DNA from: Dimorphilus gyrociliatus
Taxonomy: Eukaryota; Animalia; Annelida
DNA length: 64,000 nt
Direction: 5' to 3'
Assembly (NCBI GenBank): GCA_904063045.1
Contig: CAJFCJ010000006.1
Coordinates: 3,736,408 to 3,800,407, forward strand
In this document: positions 23,901 to 36,126 of the stretch, in pieces
Layout: every line of letters starts with the position of its first letter
Numbering within the stretch: the first letter of the stretch is position 1
The notes under the pieces: generated by a model
Seen by the model: only the letters and a program-made list of their open reading frames with translations
Told to the model about the DNA's origin: nothing
Database searches by the model: none
Made by a program: the position numbers and the translations under genes

Positions 23901-26172
23901 TTATGCAAGTCCCTCCCAAAATTACTCACCTTCCATTATCTCGTCCAACTCCCCAAACTCTTATCGAATGTATAGGTTGAACGTTGACGATAGTGGTATC
24001 TTGAGGATCAATTAACTTTAGGCATTCCATATCGATATCCATATATAAGTCTTTTCCCTTTTATTTATAGATGAAGAGAAAGCACAAATCAAACAGATCA
24101 CTCATTAGTCATCAACAAATAATACTTAAAAAGTATGAAAATCATACAACAGTTAAATATAATGTATACTGTATATATATAGAGATAGATAGATAGATAT
24201 ATGAAAAAACTCTCAGCCCTTTTTCCATATTAATATATATATATATAATAAAATTAAAATGTAATGAGTTAGGGTAGAGATAAATAAAGATTTGCGCAGG
24301 CCCGCTATTTATACAAGTTTATCATGAAGTATATACATATTACGGTCTGTTAGCTGTCATTGACAATTTCACGCTGCTAAATAGGATTAGTCGGTTTCTG
24401 CTTCATAAAAACGTCACGTTTTACAGGGCAAATATCAAGTATTCTCTAAAGTCGCTGTTCATTTCCCAATATACATTCTTTACAAGCAAAATGAATAGGT
24501 TCCAATGGAGGAGAATAAGGAGGCGGAGCTGATGGCTCTAATCTTTCTATCTCTTCTGTTGTTTGAACGCATTTATCAGCTCTTTTATTCTCGCGACGTT
24601 TTTTAATTGTATTTATCCTCTCAAAACAATAAACGAATATCATTTTAAAAATCCTTTTCGTATAGCATACTATCCAAATTATTAAGAAAACAACACCGAA
24701 TATAATAAGGCTTAACCAAAACGTGCCGTTCATTCTCGTCAGCACATTTAAACTGTTCAACAATTGCCCGGCTTAACAGGGCCGGAGCCATTGAAAGCGA
24801 AAACTATTCAGTGCTAAGTCAACATACTTTATCGTTAAAAAACACTTTAGGAGAAAAGGAGAAAGAAAAACTTAAACTTACGTCTCCCCAACGTCCGACA
24901 ACGTCGTTTATATCATTCCTGCCCAACGACAAGTCGACAATACATTTATTCACCGCTTTACTACTCCTTTCCGGAGTCAAGTCTTCGTCTTGCATTCTAA
25001 CCCATCCTAAAGACCGTACAGCATAACGAACGGGTTTTTCAGTTTCATTCGATTCAGATAATTGGCATCTTCGTGTTTCATTACTGTTAGAATAATAAAT
25101 TAACTATATATTCTTCTGCTAATAGAATTATTAAAATTAATAGGATGGGAAATAGAAATAAAAGAGATAGATAGATGGATAGATTTAGATAAATAACGGC
25201 ATAGATAAATAAAGAAAGAAAGAGAAACAAGCGGAAGAGATCGAGACAAAGAACCCAGAGATAGACACGAAGAAAAATTTAGGAAAACACAAAAATCTGT
25301 CGTAAAATAGAGAATTTAAGTGGATCAAGTTTAAAAATAGGCGATGATCATAAAGAGGTTCGATATAAGAAAAGAATAAGAAAATTGTTCGCTCCGGTCA
25401 CGCAATTCTAAATTTGTATTCTGTATTCTCTTTACCGACCTAGTTTCCTTAGTTGTGGAACACTGCTTGGCCAGAGCTTGATCTAATTGTTCGACTGAGA
25501 CGCAAACCTCTTCTTCGGACGGTTTATCTCTTTGTATTTTACCACTTTTTACGTGCCAGTAATAAGGTCCATTTTCGTCTGTGAAACAGAATTAAGCAAC
25601 TCAATTAAGGTTAAAGAACTTTGTAGATGGCGCTTATTTGAATTCAATTCGAACATTTACCCTCATGCTTCTCCCAACCGTCTGGAAGTCGCTTAGAATC
25701 AGCTTGAATCCCACTATCATTTGAGTCGGGCGAATTAACGATTGAATCGTATCTATTAAGGAATATATTAATAAATTTAAGGTAATATAAAGGTAAAAGG
25801 ATTGATAATGGATGTAGAGGAAGAGAAATAGAATGCAACAAGAAAGAATACAATTAAAGAAGTTTTTACTAACGTATTCCGTCCGGTATTGTCATTACTA
25901 ATGGGATCCTTCGAGAAGGCGATGGAGGAATAATAGCCGCTAAAACCTCGATTACCCTGCTCATCCTCATCATCAATAGAATGTTGTACTCGCACTAGGC
26001 GCTGTTCTCCGGTTGTCGGAGATGTGAATGTACTATCATCACTTTCTGGCGATTTCATGCCAATTGTATGAACATCCGGTAGGTTACTATTCAAGGCGTC
26101 AGCGTGCAGGGTATAGTTTGGATTCGAGAAGCTCGTCATCGATTCGTTGTCTGTAATTAGAAAGCACGTCAT
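20990..26172 (-). CDS. APBB: Fe65/APBB amyloid precursor protein-binding adaptor (WW + 2 PTB)
   Basis: Exons 26172-25874, 25752-25661, 25578-25440, 25083-24882, 24057-23930, 23213-22757, 22682-22609, 22509-22401, 22328-22254, then either 21773-21606 or 21070-20990. WW domain LPDGWEKHEDENGPYYWHVKSG. PTB1 YAVRSLGWV..IRVWGVGRDNGRDFAYVARD. PTB2 CHYLG..ECRVRFLSFMG..FHCEP..IEAACKLRFQKCLDA. The start codon is tentative. Confidence 0.93.
24446..24733 (-). CDS. Nested single-pass membrane microprotein (95 aa) with PSAPPPY motif
   Basis: ATG at 24733 gives MNGTFWLSLIIFGVVFLIIWIVCYTKRIFK..EPSAPPPYSPPLEPIHFACKEC..*. It has an N-terminal NGT sequon, one TM, a basic juxtamembrane segment and a PSAP+PPxY motif. 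It lies inside the APBB intron 24881-24058. Confidence 0.65.
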   Translation of the reverse strand: MNGTFWLSLIIFGVVFLIIWIVCYTKRIFKMIFVYCFERINTIKKRRENKRADKCVQTTEEIERLEPSAPPPYSPPLEPIHFACKECILGNEQRL

Positions 26173-27082
26173 ATACCTTGCGTGATGTACAATTAAGGCC
26201 TATTGATAATAAAAAATGGTGAGAACTCTTTGCTCTTGCAAGCAAAAAAAAAACGTACGTTAGCGAAAATGAGATACAGCAAAAAAAACGCCCATTCTGC
26301 TAAAATCCCTGAGATTTCTTTTTTTTAAGCTTCCAACCTTTACTATAAAGGGAAATGGGGAAAACGAAAAAAAAATAGCGCGAACGCCAATCTGCCTGTA
26401 TGATGATTCAACGACACCCAAGTGACATTGGGCAATATGGAGAGTTCTCGCCCTAGCGAAAAACCTTTTAAACGCCTTAAATCCTACGTATTCCAGTCAC
26501 GTGAACGCTTCTCAATTACGACGCTAGCCCGTCGCAAATTCGAATACTGATCCGTTTCAATTAGCTTTGTCCCTCCGATTCCGGTGGTCGAGTCTTTCAA
26601 ATTCCCGCGTCCAGGCCATAATTCAATCAACGCCCTTTTTTTGTACGAAAAGAAAAAATCGACGATCGATACGACATTCCTCCCTTCTACGTTCCCTCAT
26701 TCCGTTCGTTCCCCGGTTACCCATCAACCATCATCTGGAATCTTACGTCACAATCTTCCCGGAATGAAAAAGCCCGGTGGATAATTGATGAACCGTACAC
26801 GCCCTGGGATGCGCTGCCTGACCCGATAAACTCCGCAATCTGACGTGTTCTTAGTTCATTCAAAAGAAAAAGGAATAGACAAGGCCAGGAAATTTGAAAA
26901 ATGGGGAAAAAAAGATAATTGGTAATTTTTTTCCCCTTTATCTTCCATTTAGTTTAATTCTCTTAACGCTATTAATCTTAAAATTTACTACTTTTAAATT
27001 TTTAATTAATCAGTTATCTTCATTAAATAAATTACAATTGAAAAGATGAATATATTGACAATTTAAAAATATTTGAAAATAA

Positions 27083-27658
27083 ATGGAAATGCTTTTTACT
27101 ATTTTTTGCCTCAGTTCATTGTCGATCAAAATCATTAAATGTAGTGCGTTTAAAAACGAAACTGACACAAGTTTGCAAAGTACCTGCAAAGGAAACACAT
27201 GGGGAAAATACTGTAATAAGACTTGCGGGCAATGCAAGTACGCGAGACAATGTAAAAGGCGCGATGGTACGTGCGTATACGGATGCGAAGGTCACTTTAT
27301 AGAACCGATATGCGTTAGCGAGTTTCACTCGACAAAATCTACAGTTAAAGAAGAAGTAAACAATAATTCGTCAATTTCCTATTTATTTTATAGTTTTGTG
27401 GGTGTAGCCGTACTGGGAGCATTGGTGTCCTTGTACATGTTATATAATAGAAACAGAACAGACGGCGCCGCTAACTGGATCCGAAGAGGTACAGAATTAT
27501 CATTAGATGCTTACAAAAGAGCGTCGATGCGTCGATCTTTAAACAAGAAAGCCTTAGACGTAACTCAAACAAAATTTACGACGCAAGAGAAGCCATTCTC
27601 ATCTAAAGTGGACTCAATGTTCAAAACCCGCAGACCGCTATCTGTTAGTAGCGTCTAA
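27083..27658 (+). CDS. Small type I membrane protein with one EGF-like (SCARF/MEGF-type) module, 191 aa
   Basis: Signal peptide, C..C..WGKYCNKTCGQC...C..DGTCVYGCEGHFIEPIC, TM YLFYSFVGVAVLGALVSLYMLY and a basic cytoplasmic tail. Intronless. Confidence 0.8.
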   Translation: MEMLFTIFCLSSLSIKIIKCSAFKNETDTSLQSTCKGNTWGKYCNKTCGQCKYARQCKRRDGTCVYGCEGHFIEPICVSEFHSTKSTVKEEVNNNSSISYLFYSFVGVAVLGALVSLYMLYNRNRTDGAANWIRRGTELSLDAYKRASMRRSLNKKALDVTQTKFTTQEKPFSSKVDSMFKTRRPLSVSSV

Positions 27659-27931
27659 GCCCTTGACAAACAAATTGTTATTGTCAAATAAATAAATGTA
27701 TTTGTCTTCAAAAATTATGGCTTCTGAGAAAGATAAGAAAAGTTAACGCATTACTATCGAACGAAGCAAAAAAAAAGCGTCTAGAAAATATAAAGGATTC
27801 GCCGAAGTGGAAGAGACGCTTCTGCTTGTTCTAACCAAAAGTCAAAATGATTAACCGGGTCGATAATTTTAATCTTCTTACAAAGCGAACTCACTAATGA
27901 CAAACGTGGGAGATAAGAGGAGAAGAGAAAT

Positions 27932-28414
27932 TCAATAATAAACCCCCGAGAAATTAACCGTTAAATCGTAATTAATTAACTTACTACTATGCAACATTTC
28001 ATCGTCGGCGGCAAAAACGTCAAACGCTTCAGCCGCCATAATGTCGTCAAAGTAAACCGGATTATGTTCCAAAATCCAGGTTTTTTCCCACCTCTGAAGT
28101 CTTCTGTAAAGCGCACCGCCGTTATTCCAAAATCGGTTAAGATTAAAAAATCGTCTTCGTTTAGAATGAGGTAAACTATTCCTCATGCGATTCTCAACAT
28201 TTTCGCTAAGTTTGATAGGTGAATTTACTATCTTCTTCCCAAGAAGAGCTCTACCATATTCCTCAATTGAAATTGCAGTACGTTTACCCAATGGCGTAAC
28301 GTTTAAATTATTATTTTCTCGATCAGTCAATAACCTCTTCGTTTTATTGTAGCTAAATCTCTCCTGATCAAAAATGTTCAATAAGTTACCGTTTTCTTCC
28401 AATATGAGAGCCAT
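27932..28414 (-). CDS. Uncharacterised 160-aa protein
   Basis: ATG-initiated intronless ORF in GC-richer sequence, with NLS-like KRRR and TP/SPIK CDK-type sites. No family recognised. Confidence 0.55.
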   Translation of the reverse strand: MALILEENGNLLNIFDQERFSYNKTKRLLTDRENNNLNVTPLGKRTAISIEEYGRALLGKKIVNSPIKLSENVENRMRNSLPHSKRRRFFNLNRFWNNGGALYRRLQRWEKTWILEHNPVYFDDIMAAEAFDVFAADDEMLHSSKLINYDLTVNFSGVYY

Positions 28415-30152
28415 AGCGCTTTATTGTTTTTGAACCAACTGGAATAAGACGTTTTAAGAGAATGGAAGGGTAGTCGAGTATATAATTGCAGTTGGGCGAT
28501 TATTTGAGCGCATTACCTAGTTCAAACACTCACCTTCCGTACGACAAACAGTTGCAAAACGATTAATTATTCATTTTAAACGCCGCGTGCAGACGCCTTT
28601 TCCTAGAAGGCATTGGCGGAAAAGGAATTGCGTGACTATTTTAAAATGAAATAAATGTGTTGACCTGGGTTAAATCAACTTGAAAATGTACAGCAATAAA
28701 CCATCCAGAGATATTTATTAATACAGTAAATTCTATTTACGTTTCTCTTTATTGTTTATTTATTTATTTATTTTATTTTTTCCCATTTTCTATACCTATT
28801 ATTCAGTTGAAAATATCCTCTTTATATCGACGTGAAGCATTTAGGAATCAACCGAATTCTATCAACAGCTAATTGGATTTAGTGGGAGAAAACTGACAAG
28901 TCTACTTTTGCCGCAAAATCATTAATAATCATTCACTTCATCAATTACAACAAAAACAACTAAAAGAGTTATAACTTTAAAAAAATAGTCAACATAGAAA
29001 ATCTAAAAAAGAAAACCAATAAAAATTGAATAACTGTACTCAAGAGTAGAGAAATTTTTATTATGAAAACGCCCAACTGCAAAAACAATGTACGAGAAGA
29101 AGAAAGGTAACAAAAATTCGATATGACTGTACTTTCTCAACAATTAACATACCTTTTTCATATTAATTTTATTTTCCTTATAAAAATATTCGTATAAAAA
29201 ATGTACAACTTGTTTTAGGATGCGTTTAGAAGACGAGTGGCAAACCAACAACTTTTACCGGTCTACGGATCACTGCAAATACGCCCTCTATGGCAAGTCT
29301 TTGTAGATGCTTGTAAACCCGATTTTTTTGTATTATGCAATACATCGTTCTCGACGTTAAACTAGAAAATAGACTGGAAAACGGACAACTGGAACTTATC
29401 ATAGATTCGAGGCACAAACTTATTGGAACGGCGCTTTAGTTGATTTAAACAAATGATATTTGCTTGTCACGAAAAAAAATAACTTGATGCCGTCTATTGT
29501 ATAATTTACGATATTCGATGACGTCAAGGCGAAAGGCTTTGTATTCATATTCGAATGAAAAGTGGCAGTTGGTTTGATAAGACGAGCTTTGAGAGCAAGC
29601 AAAGAAGCACTAGTAGACGGATATGGGGAGAAAAGTGGGGCGGGGAAGAACCGTAGGAAAGACTGTAAATGAAAACGTGATTAGAGGCGTCATGAAGCCT
29701 TTGGACTTTGGTTCAATCAATTCATTCAACTTGTCCGAAACGTCGTCCATCATTCTATCAACCTATGCTTCCCAATTAACAAACACAGCCGATTTATCAC
29801 AATTACAAGTGAGAGAATCATCGTTTTTATTAAAAGCCGAGTACAGGCAATATTGCAGAGTGCGGGTCGAAAGATCGTACAGCAAAAGAAATTGGCACTA
29901 TATTCGCTCGGGGAGAACCGTGAGATGAATAGATTTAGTTTGATTTCTGCGTGTAAGATTTCTGCGTCAAATTTCGCTTTAACATTCATACCAAGGGCAC
30001 ATCATGGGAATAGAATTTCATTATTTTCCCTCAAACCGACCGTTTTCAAAGAAGCCTAAGCGTTTAGCGGAATGTCGGAGGGGCGTTTGAAGCGTCACAA
30101 TTCGATTATGGGGCAGAACGCCGCTGCCGACGCAAAGGATTTCTTCATCGCG

Positions 30153-30167
30153 ATAAATCACCTGTCA
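30153..30167 (-). promoter_or_regulatory. Candidate Meis/Prep + Pbx-Hox composite site (TGACAG-G-TGATTTAT)
   Basis: The plus strand reads ATAAATCA-C-CTGTCA. It also contains an E-box, CACCTG. Confidence 0.35.
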
Positions 30168-32185
30168 AACAACATTGCTAACTCTCTAGTCAGCCCCCAA
30201 TAGATCAGCCCTTATCTTGCTTATCGTAGACGTCATCTACCTATTACTACTTTATGATCGATCCTTCTCCCGTGATTCGAATATGGCGAGACTATTATAA
30301 ATATTCCATTATTCCGCCCCACTGCTAAAAGTTCGAATTCTACAAGCAGAATTATTAGTATCGACGTCACTGTCAAAAGCATTACGTTTTCGAGCATAAG
30401 CGACGAATATAATCATATCCCAAGCGTTAGAATATCATTACGCGCAATTCTTCCCATAAATATTCCATTTTTTATGTATACATCTTAATACACATATATA
30501 TTAATAACAAGTTTAAATACATAACATTTTCTTAGAACCAACTTGGGGGATTTAGATTTTTTTAAAATGCCATCTATCGGCTACGGTCAAATCAAGTAAG
30601 TGGTTAAAAAAAGACAGTAAAAAAAATCGATGAGGAGCGTCTAATGAGATTTTCAGACGTCTTGACTCATTGGCAATGAATCATTAATTTTATAAAGAAG
30701 AAAAAAATATACACCAACCTAACTGCATCCTATATTCTCTTGGTGAGAGAAGCTTTGCTTCTTCCGATGTAGGTGATTGAACTGACATAATTTTTCTATT
30801 CTTTGCCTCTTGCGTTGTTAAATAGTCCTAGTTCATTTCGTTACTGTTGGCAAAAGAAATATTAGTATAATCAACGATATACATAGAGGAGAGAATAAGC
30901 ATAGAGGCTTTGCAAAGTAATACTGTTATAAATAGAGGTTATTGTGAATCGTTAAATTATTCACGATTGCTCACGTAATCTATCAAAACTGGTCCTCCTT
31001 AGTCGCAGAACTTTAATATTTAACGAAAGCTATAATAAAACATAAAGAGACAATAAAGAGAAAGAGACAGATGCTAGAAACGTTAGAATAATTTCGGATT
31101 AAGTCTAAACAATTCCAATATTTTTTTTAGTCAATATTCTGTAGCTTAAAGGAGAAACTGACGTTATGACTTTTTTCGGTGCGCTAGTTTCTGTCTTTCA
31201 TCATAAAAGTGACGAGCTAATTTTAGCCTCCTTTCTAAAGTTGTAATAAAATCCTTGTTTTCAAACAAACCGTAAAATTAGATGATAACTAGACGTCTTT
31301 TAGGTCAAACTGTCTGGTCGTTTACTACTGACCATCAAAGTCTGTGTCAATTACATTAACAGAATGTTGTGAATGCATTAAACAAATACCGCTCTTTCAA
31401 TAAAAGAGCTCTGAAAAGGTATTGTCTAGATCGTTATTATAGTTCACGCTAAACAATCAAAATGTCGTAATTTCTTCCTGCTTGTGGCCAAACAGCTGCT
31501 ATTATATAATTCTTTGACATTGTCGTCTTGTTTTACGAGAGATGGTACTTTCCATACGAGATATGAGTTTATACAAATTAAACAGACTTTAAAGATAGAC
31601 AAGCATCAATTGATAGACCAATCGTAAGCTGTTACCGGAGTGAGTAACTAGAAAAACAAAATTTATAAATAATACAAACTTCAGAAAATCTGTTTCAAGC
31701 CAATATTCTTTATTTTTTCTTGGAGGATCACTGTGCAAGTGACCGGAAACAGTACCCGACTAGCTGAATAACCCTCGGAGCATTTAATTTTCTAATCACT
31801 CATTGATAGTCCAATTGGTCAATAAAATTATCGGAAATATTTTAACGATTGTAAATCGATTAATCTTAAATGATAAAAAATTGTTAACTGATAAAAAATT
31901 TTCAAGTATATTTTATCTTTTGAAAACAGGTTACCTGACTAGTAACCACATCAAACACCGCAGCCTCGTTTCCATTAATCAGGATTTCTCAATTTTATTT
32001 AAATATTTTCTAATTTATCATTAAAGTAAGATAGCTCTTATGATATTTTGTGATTTCCATTATTTTAATTTAGTATATACAGGTGGAATTGGTTGCAATT
32101 TTTTTGCTTTGTTGCCCGATTCCATTATTTTAGTCTGCTTGTTCATCTCGCGCCATTTTTCTAGGTTGATATTTTTTTTCTTTAG

Positions 32186-35100
32186 ATGCCTAGACCAAAG
32201 CGAGCAACTGCTGGTGTTTCGAAACGCCATCCGGACGAAGAGACATTAGACGGATCAGAATATTCAATGTACGTAAAGTACTTTTGCGTTATTTGTCATA
32301 TGCTAAAATTCATGCCGGTCTAATATAGAGTGGATGAAGAATCCGAAGATGAATATGACGCCCGACCGACAAAAAGACCAAAGACACAATCAACTATTAA
32401 AAAGCCTCGGAAAACGCCTCAGCAAACTGTCAGTCATACACCGAGAGGACGAAAGCCTCAAATGTCACAGCCCATTACTCCGCAACAGCCGATCAGTGAA
32501 CTTTTCGAACTAGTTAAGGATGGAAGAGCTGCCATTAATAATATTGTGGACGAGTGGATGGCAACCTATGAAGAAGATTCAGACGAAGGCCTGGTTCAAA
32601 TAATTCAATTTTTCGTTTCTTGTGCTGGATGCAGTGGACGAATTACAAAATATAGCTTACAGAATCTCACTCATCAAGATATAATTAGGCAGATGACCGA
32701 GGAATTTGACGAAGATTCAAGTGCCTATCCTTTGATTCAGCCTGGTCCTACTTGGAAACGCTTCAAAACGCATTTATGCGATTTCGTTCAGTCTCTTGTC
32801 AAACAGAGTCAACATACTATTCTATATGATCAAAAGTTGATGGATAATGTTATTTCTATGTTAACCGGTTTAACTGATTCCCAAGTACGAGCTTTTAGAC
32901 ATACAAGCACTCTGATTGCTATGAAGTTTATGACGGCTCTTGTTGATGTCGCATTAGCGTTAAGCGTTAGCGCCGATCATACACAACGTCAATACGATGC
33001 GGAGAAAAACAAAAATGAGTCGAGACAAAGTAAAGAACGTTTAGATATGCTGTTAGATAAAAAAAGAGAAATAAGCGACAATCAGGAAATAATTCATAGT
33101 ATGTTAAACTACATCTTCAAAGGAGTTTTCGTTCATAGATACAGAGACAGCCAACCCGATATCAGAAGTATATGCTTGACCGAAATAGGAGTATGGATGA
33201 GAAAGCATCCAAATATGTTCTTAGACGACTCGTATTTGAAATACGTTGGCTGGTCCCTATACGACAAAGTTGGATCGGTTCGTTTATGCTGCATTAAGGC
33301 TCTTCAATCGATTTACGAAGATGTCGATTCAGCCATAAAATTGGAATTATTCACGAATAGATTTAAAGACCGTCTTGTCGAAATGACTTTAGATAAAGAA
33401 TACGAAGTATCTGTAGCCGCTGTTCAATTGGTTACTAGTATTGCTAGAAATCTTCCTCCTAATGAAGAATCTGGCGAACATGTCCTCAGTGATAAGGATT
33501 GTGAAAACGTCTATGAGTTGGTTTATTCGGCTCACAGAGGTCATGCAGCAGCAGCTGGAGCATTTCTCAATTTACGTCTACTTCGAGGGGAACAAGAGGC
33601 AGATTATGAACAGTTGGTATCCGGCTCTGGCAAGACAAGGAGTAAAAATACTCCTATGATGAGAGATTTAGTTCAATTCTTTCTCGAAAGCGAGCTACAT
33701 GAACATGCAACATATTTAGTTGACAGTTTATACGATTGTTGTACCATGCTTCGTGATTATGCTTGTATGACAGATTTACTATTAGAAGAATCTGGTCCAA
33801 ACGAAGAGCCCCTGGACGATCGACAAGAAAACGCTTTAGTTGAGATTATGACGTGCGCTATGCATCAAGCAACTACCGGTGAATATCCTGTGGGCAGAGG
33901 CGGTCCAGCACCCAGGAAATTGTCTATGAAAGAAGCGAAACAAGTTGCAGAAGAAAAAGCTCGAGTTACTGAACACTTTATAACGGCGTTGCCGCTTTTA
34001 CTGGCCAAATATTCAAATGATGCTGACAAGTTACAAAATTTGTTAATGTTTGTTTGGCATTTCGAATTTGACATGTACACTTCCGGACGACATGAACAAG
34101 AGTTAGACGATCTTCTTTCACAGCTTGCGAATATTGTTCAAATGCATACGGACGACGAAGTTCTGCAGAGAGCATCTAAAGTTTTATCGTTTTTAGTTGA
34201 TGATGACTACGCAATTGCAAGGAGATGTCAAGTTGCATTATCAACGTTAGTGGACGCCTTAGTCGATAATTTTGCTAGAAGTTATAGCAACTACTTTGAT
34301 TCTCAAAGAGAGACCTCGAGAAGAAGACGACAAGTGGATGAAGACAGTTCCTTGGCGTACAATTTGGCGGCTTCGATGAAAAGATTGCACGCCTTGTGGC
34401 GGTACCATGACCTAAACAGTTGGCCTTTATGGCAATCTAATATTGATATTGTTAAAGTAGCCCTTAGGCCAGGTTCTTCTCAGGTACCAGATGAAATTGT
34501 AGTAAGATCTCTCTATTCCTCTCATTTGGCTCTTGTACACCATCTTGTCAAGTGGGAACACTCGTCTGTACAGAATGCCGAATGCGTTGAGTCAATTAAA
34601 ATGGCTAGGGATAAACAGGAAACTTTCTTGGGATATGCCACTATGTTACTCGACCACATGCAAGAGAGAGTTCAGGAAGACGCCTTCCTAATATTAGCCG
34701 ACTCTCTGATGTATTACAGTAGTGTATTAAAGAACAAAGCGGCCTTGGCACCATTATTCTATGAAGCCGATAGGGAATTAATTGATAAAATGATACAATT
34801 TCTACAAACTAGGGTTTTCATTTTAGACGAGGAGGCTGTTCAAGACGACGAAGCAGAAAATCTAAAGATAGAGGAATTGCATAAAAGACGTAAATTCTTG
34901 TCTTGCTTTTGCAAATTGATCGTTTATAATTGCATTCCTGTCAAGGACGGAGCCATAGTATTTCAAAATTACATTAAATTCTACAATGACTATGGTGATA
35001 TAATTAAGGCAACGCTAGCCAAAGCTAGGGAAATAAATAAGGTTCTTACAGCTAGAACCCTTGCCATTTCACTAAGTAACCTTTTCAAAGAATTACAAAG

Positions 35101-35602
35101 TGAACAAGGGTCGAATAGTGTCAAAAAGACATCGGATGGCTTCCAAGCTATAAAAGAATTGGCTAGGAGATTTGCCTTATCATTCGGACTGGATAATATA
35201 AAAAATCGCTTTGCTGTCAGCGCTTTACATCAGGAAGGAATTAATTTTGCCCTCAATGTTCCACCAGGTCACCCTCCTGGTTCTGTTCCTCCTAATTTAG
35301 CTTTCTTGGAAACGTTAACCGATTTCTCTGGTAAATTAGTTAAACAGGATAAACGTGCCGTTGTCGATTATCTGGATAGACAGGTTGATGCTGTTGGAGG
35401 TGCTCAAAAAAGAACGGAGAGCTGGTCACCAGTTTTAACTTACAGAAATTCATTAGTTCAGGGAGAACATGATCTCCTAATGCAGAGGCCACAAACTCAT
35501 GGTATATTTTAATATTTAATTCCATCAGCAATTTAGTGTCTTTTATTTATAATATTCTCTATTTCAGCTCATTCTGCAATGAGAGGAAGGCAAGTGCTTT
35601 AA
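32186..35602 (+). CDS. STAG: Cohesin subunit SA/STAG, 1096 aa
   Basis: Exons 32186-32268, 32329-35501 and 35568-35602. STAG domain LTGLTDSQVRAFRHTSTLIAMK, SCD FVHRYRDSQPDIRSICLTEIGVWM, and ARRFALSFG. Confidence 0.97.
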
Positions 35603-36126
35603 CTTTGATTTGGGCTTTTGAGCTTTGATAATCCAACAGTTTTTTCAACACTGGAACAATTCTTTTTTTCAACTGTGTTCTTTTTTACCGTTTGTTTGTT
35701 TTTATTAACAAAATAGCTTTTGTTAACTCTTTGAGTTGTTTGTTTTTTTTTTTTTGGCTTCTTTTATTATATTTTGTACTCATGTAAATGAATTGTATCG
35801 ATTGTACAGGACGAATAGTCGTAAGAAGGATAAAAGAGTAGATAATGAAGAACAAGTTAGAAAGTCTAAACGACGACGATTATTTTAAAATTTAATATTT
35901 TTAGCTATTGTAAATACAGTAACGTGTATTATTATTATTAATATTATTATTATTATACTCCCTCCCTTTCATATAAATAAAATATTTACTATTCAACAGT
36001 AAAGTTTTTTGAATTGTATTCAAAAGTAGTTTAGATGGCGTTCTAGTCGCAACCTTCAACCTCTCAGCAGACTATAACAGTTCTGTTTAACTGGGTCGAA
36101 CGTTTTTCTCAAAGTTTTCAGACAAG

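Noticed and set aside
20698-23929. Hydrophobic or low-complexity ORFs at 20698, 20896, 21362, 21782, 23647 and 23657
   Set aside because: They are translations of microsatellite and purine-rich intron/UTR sequence. The 20896 ORF overlaps the real APBB last exon in another frame.
31460-31650. Minus-strand frame with TGA-TGC (U-C) and about 55 downstream codons
   Set aside because: Short, no start or homology, no SECIS seen; expected by chance.
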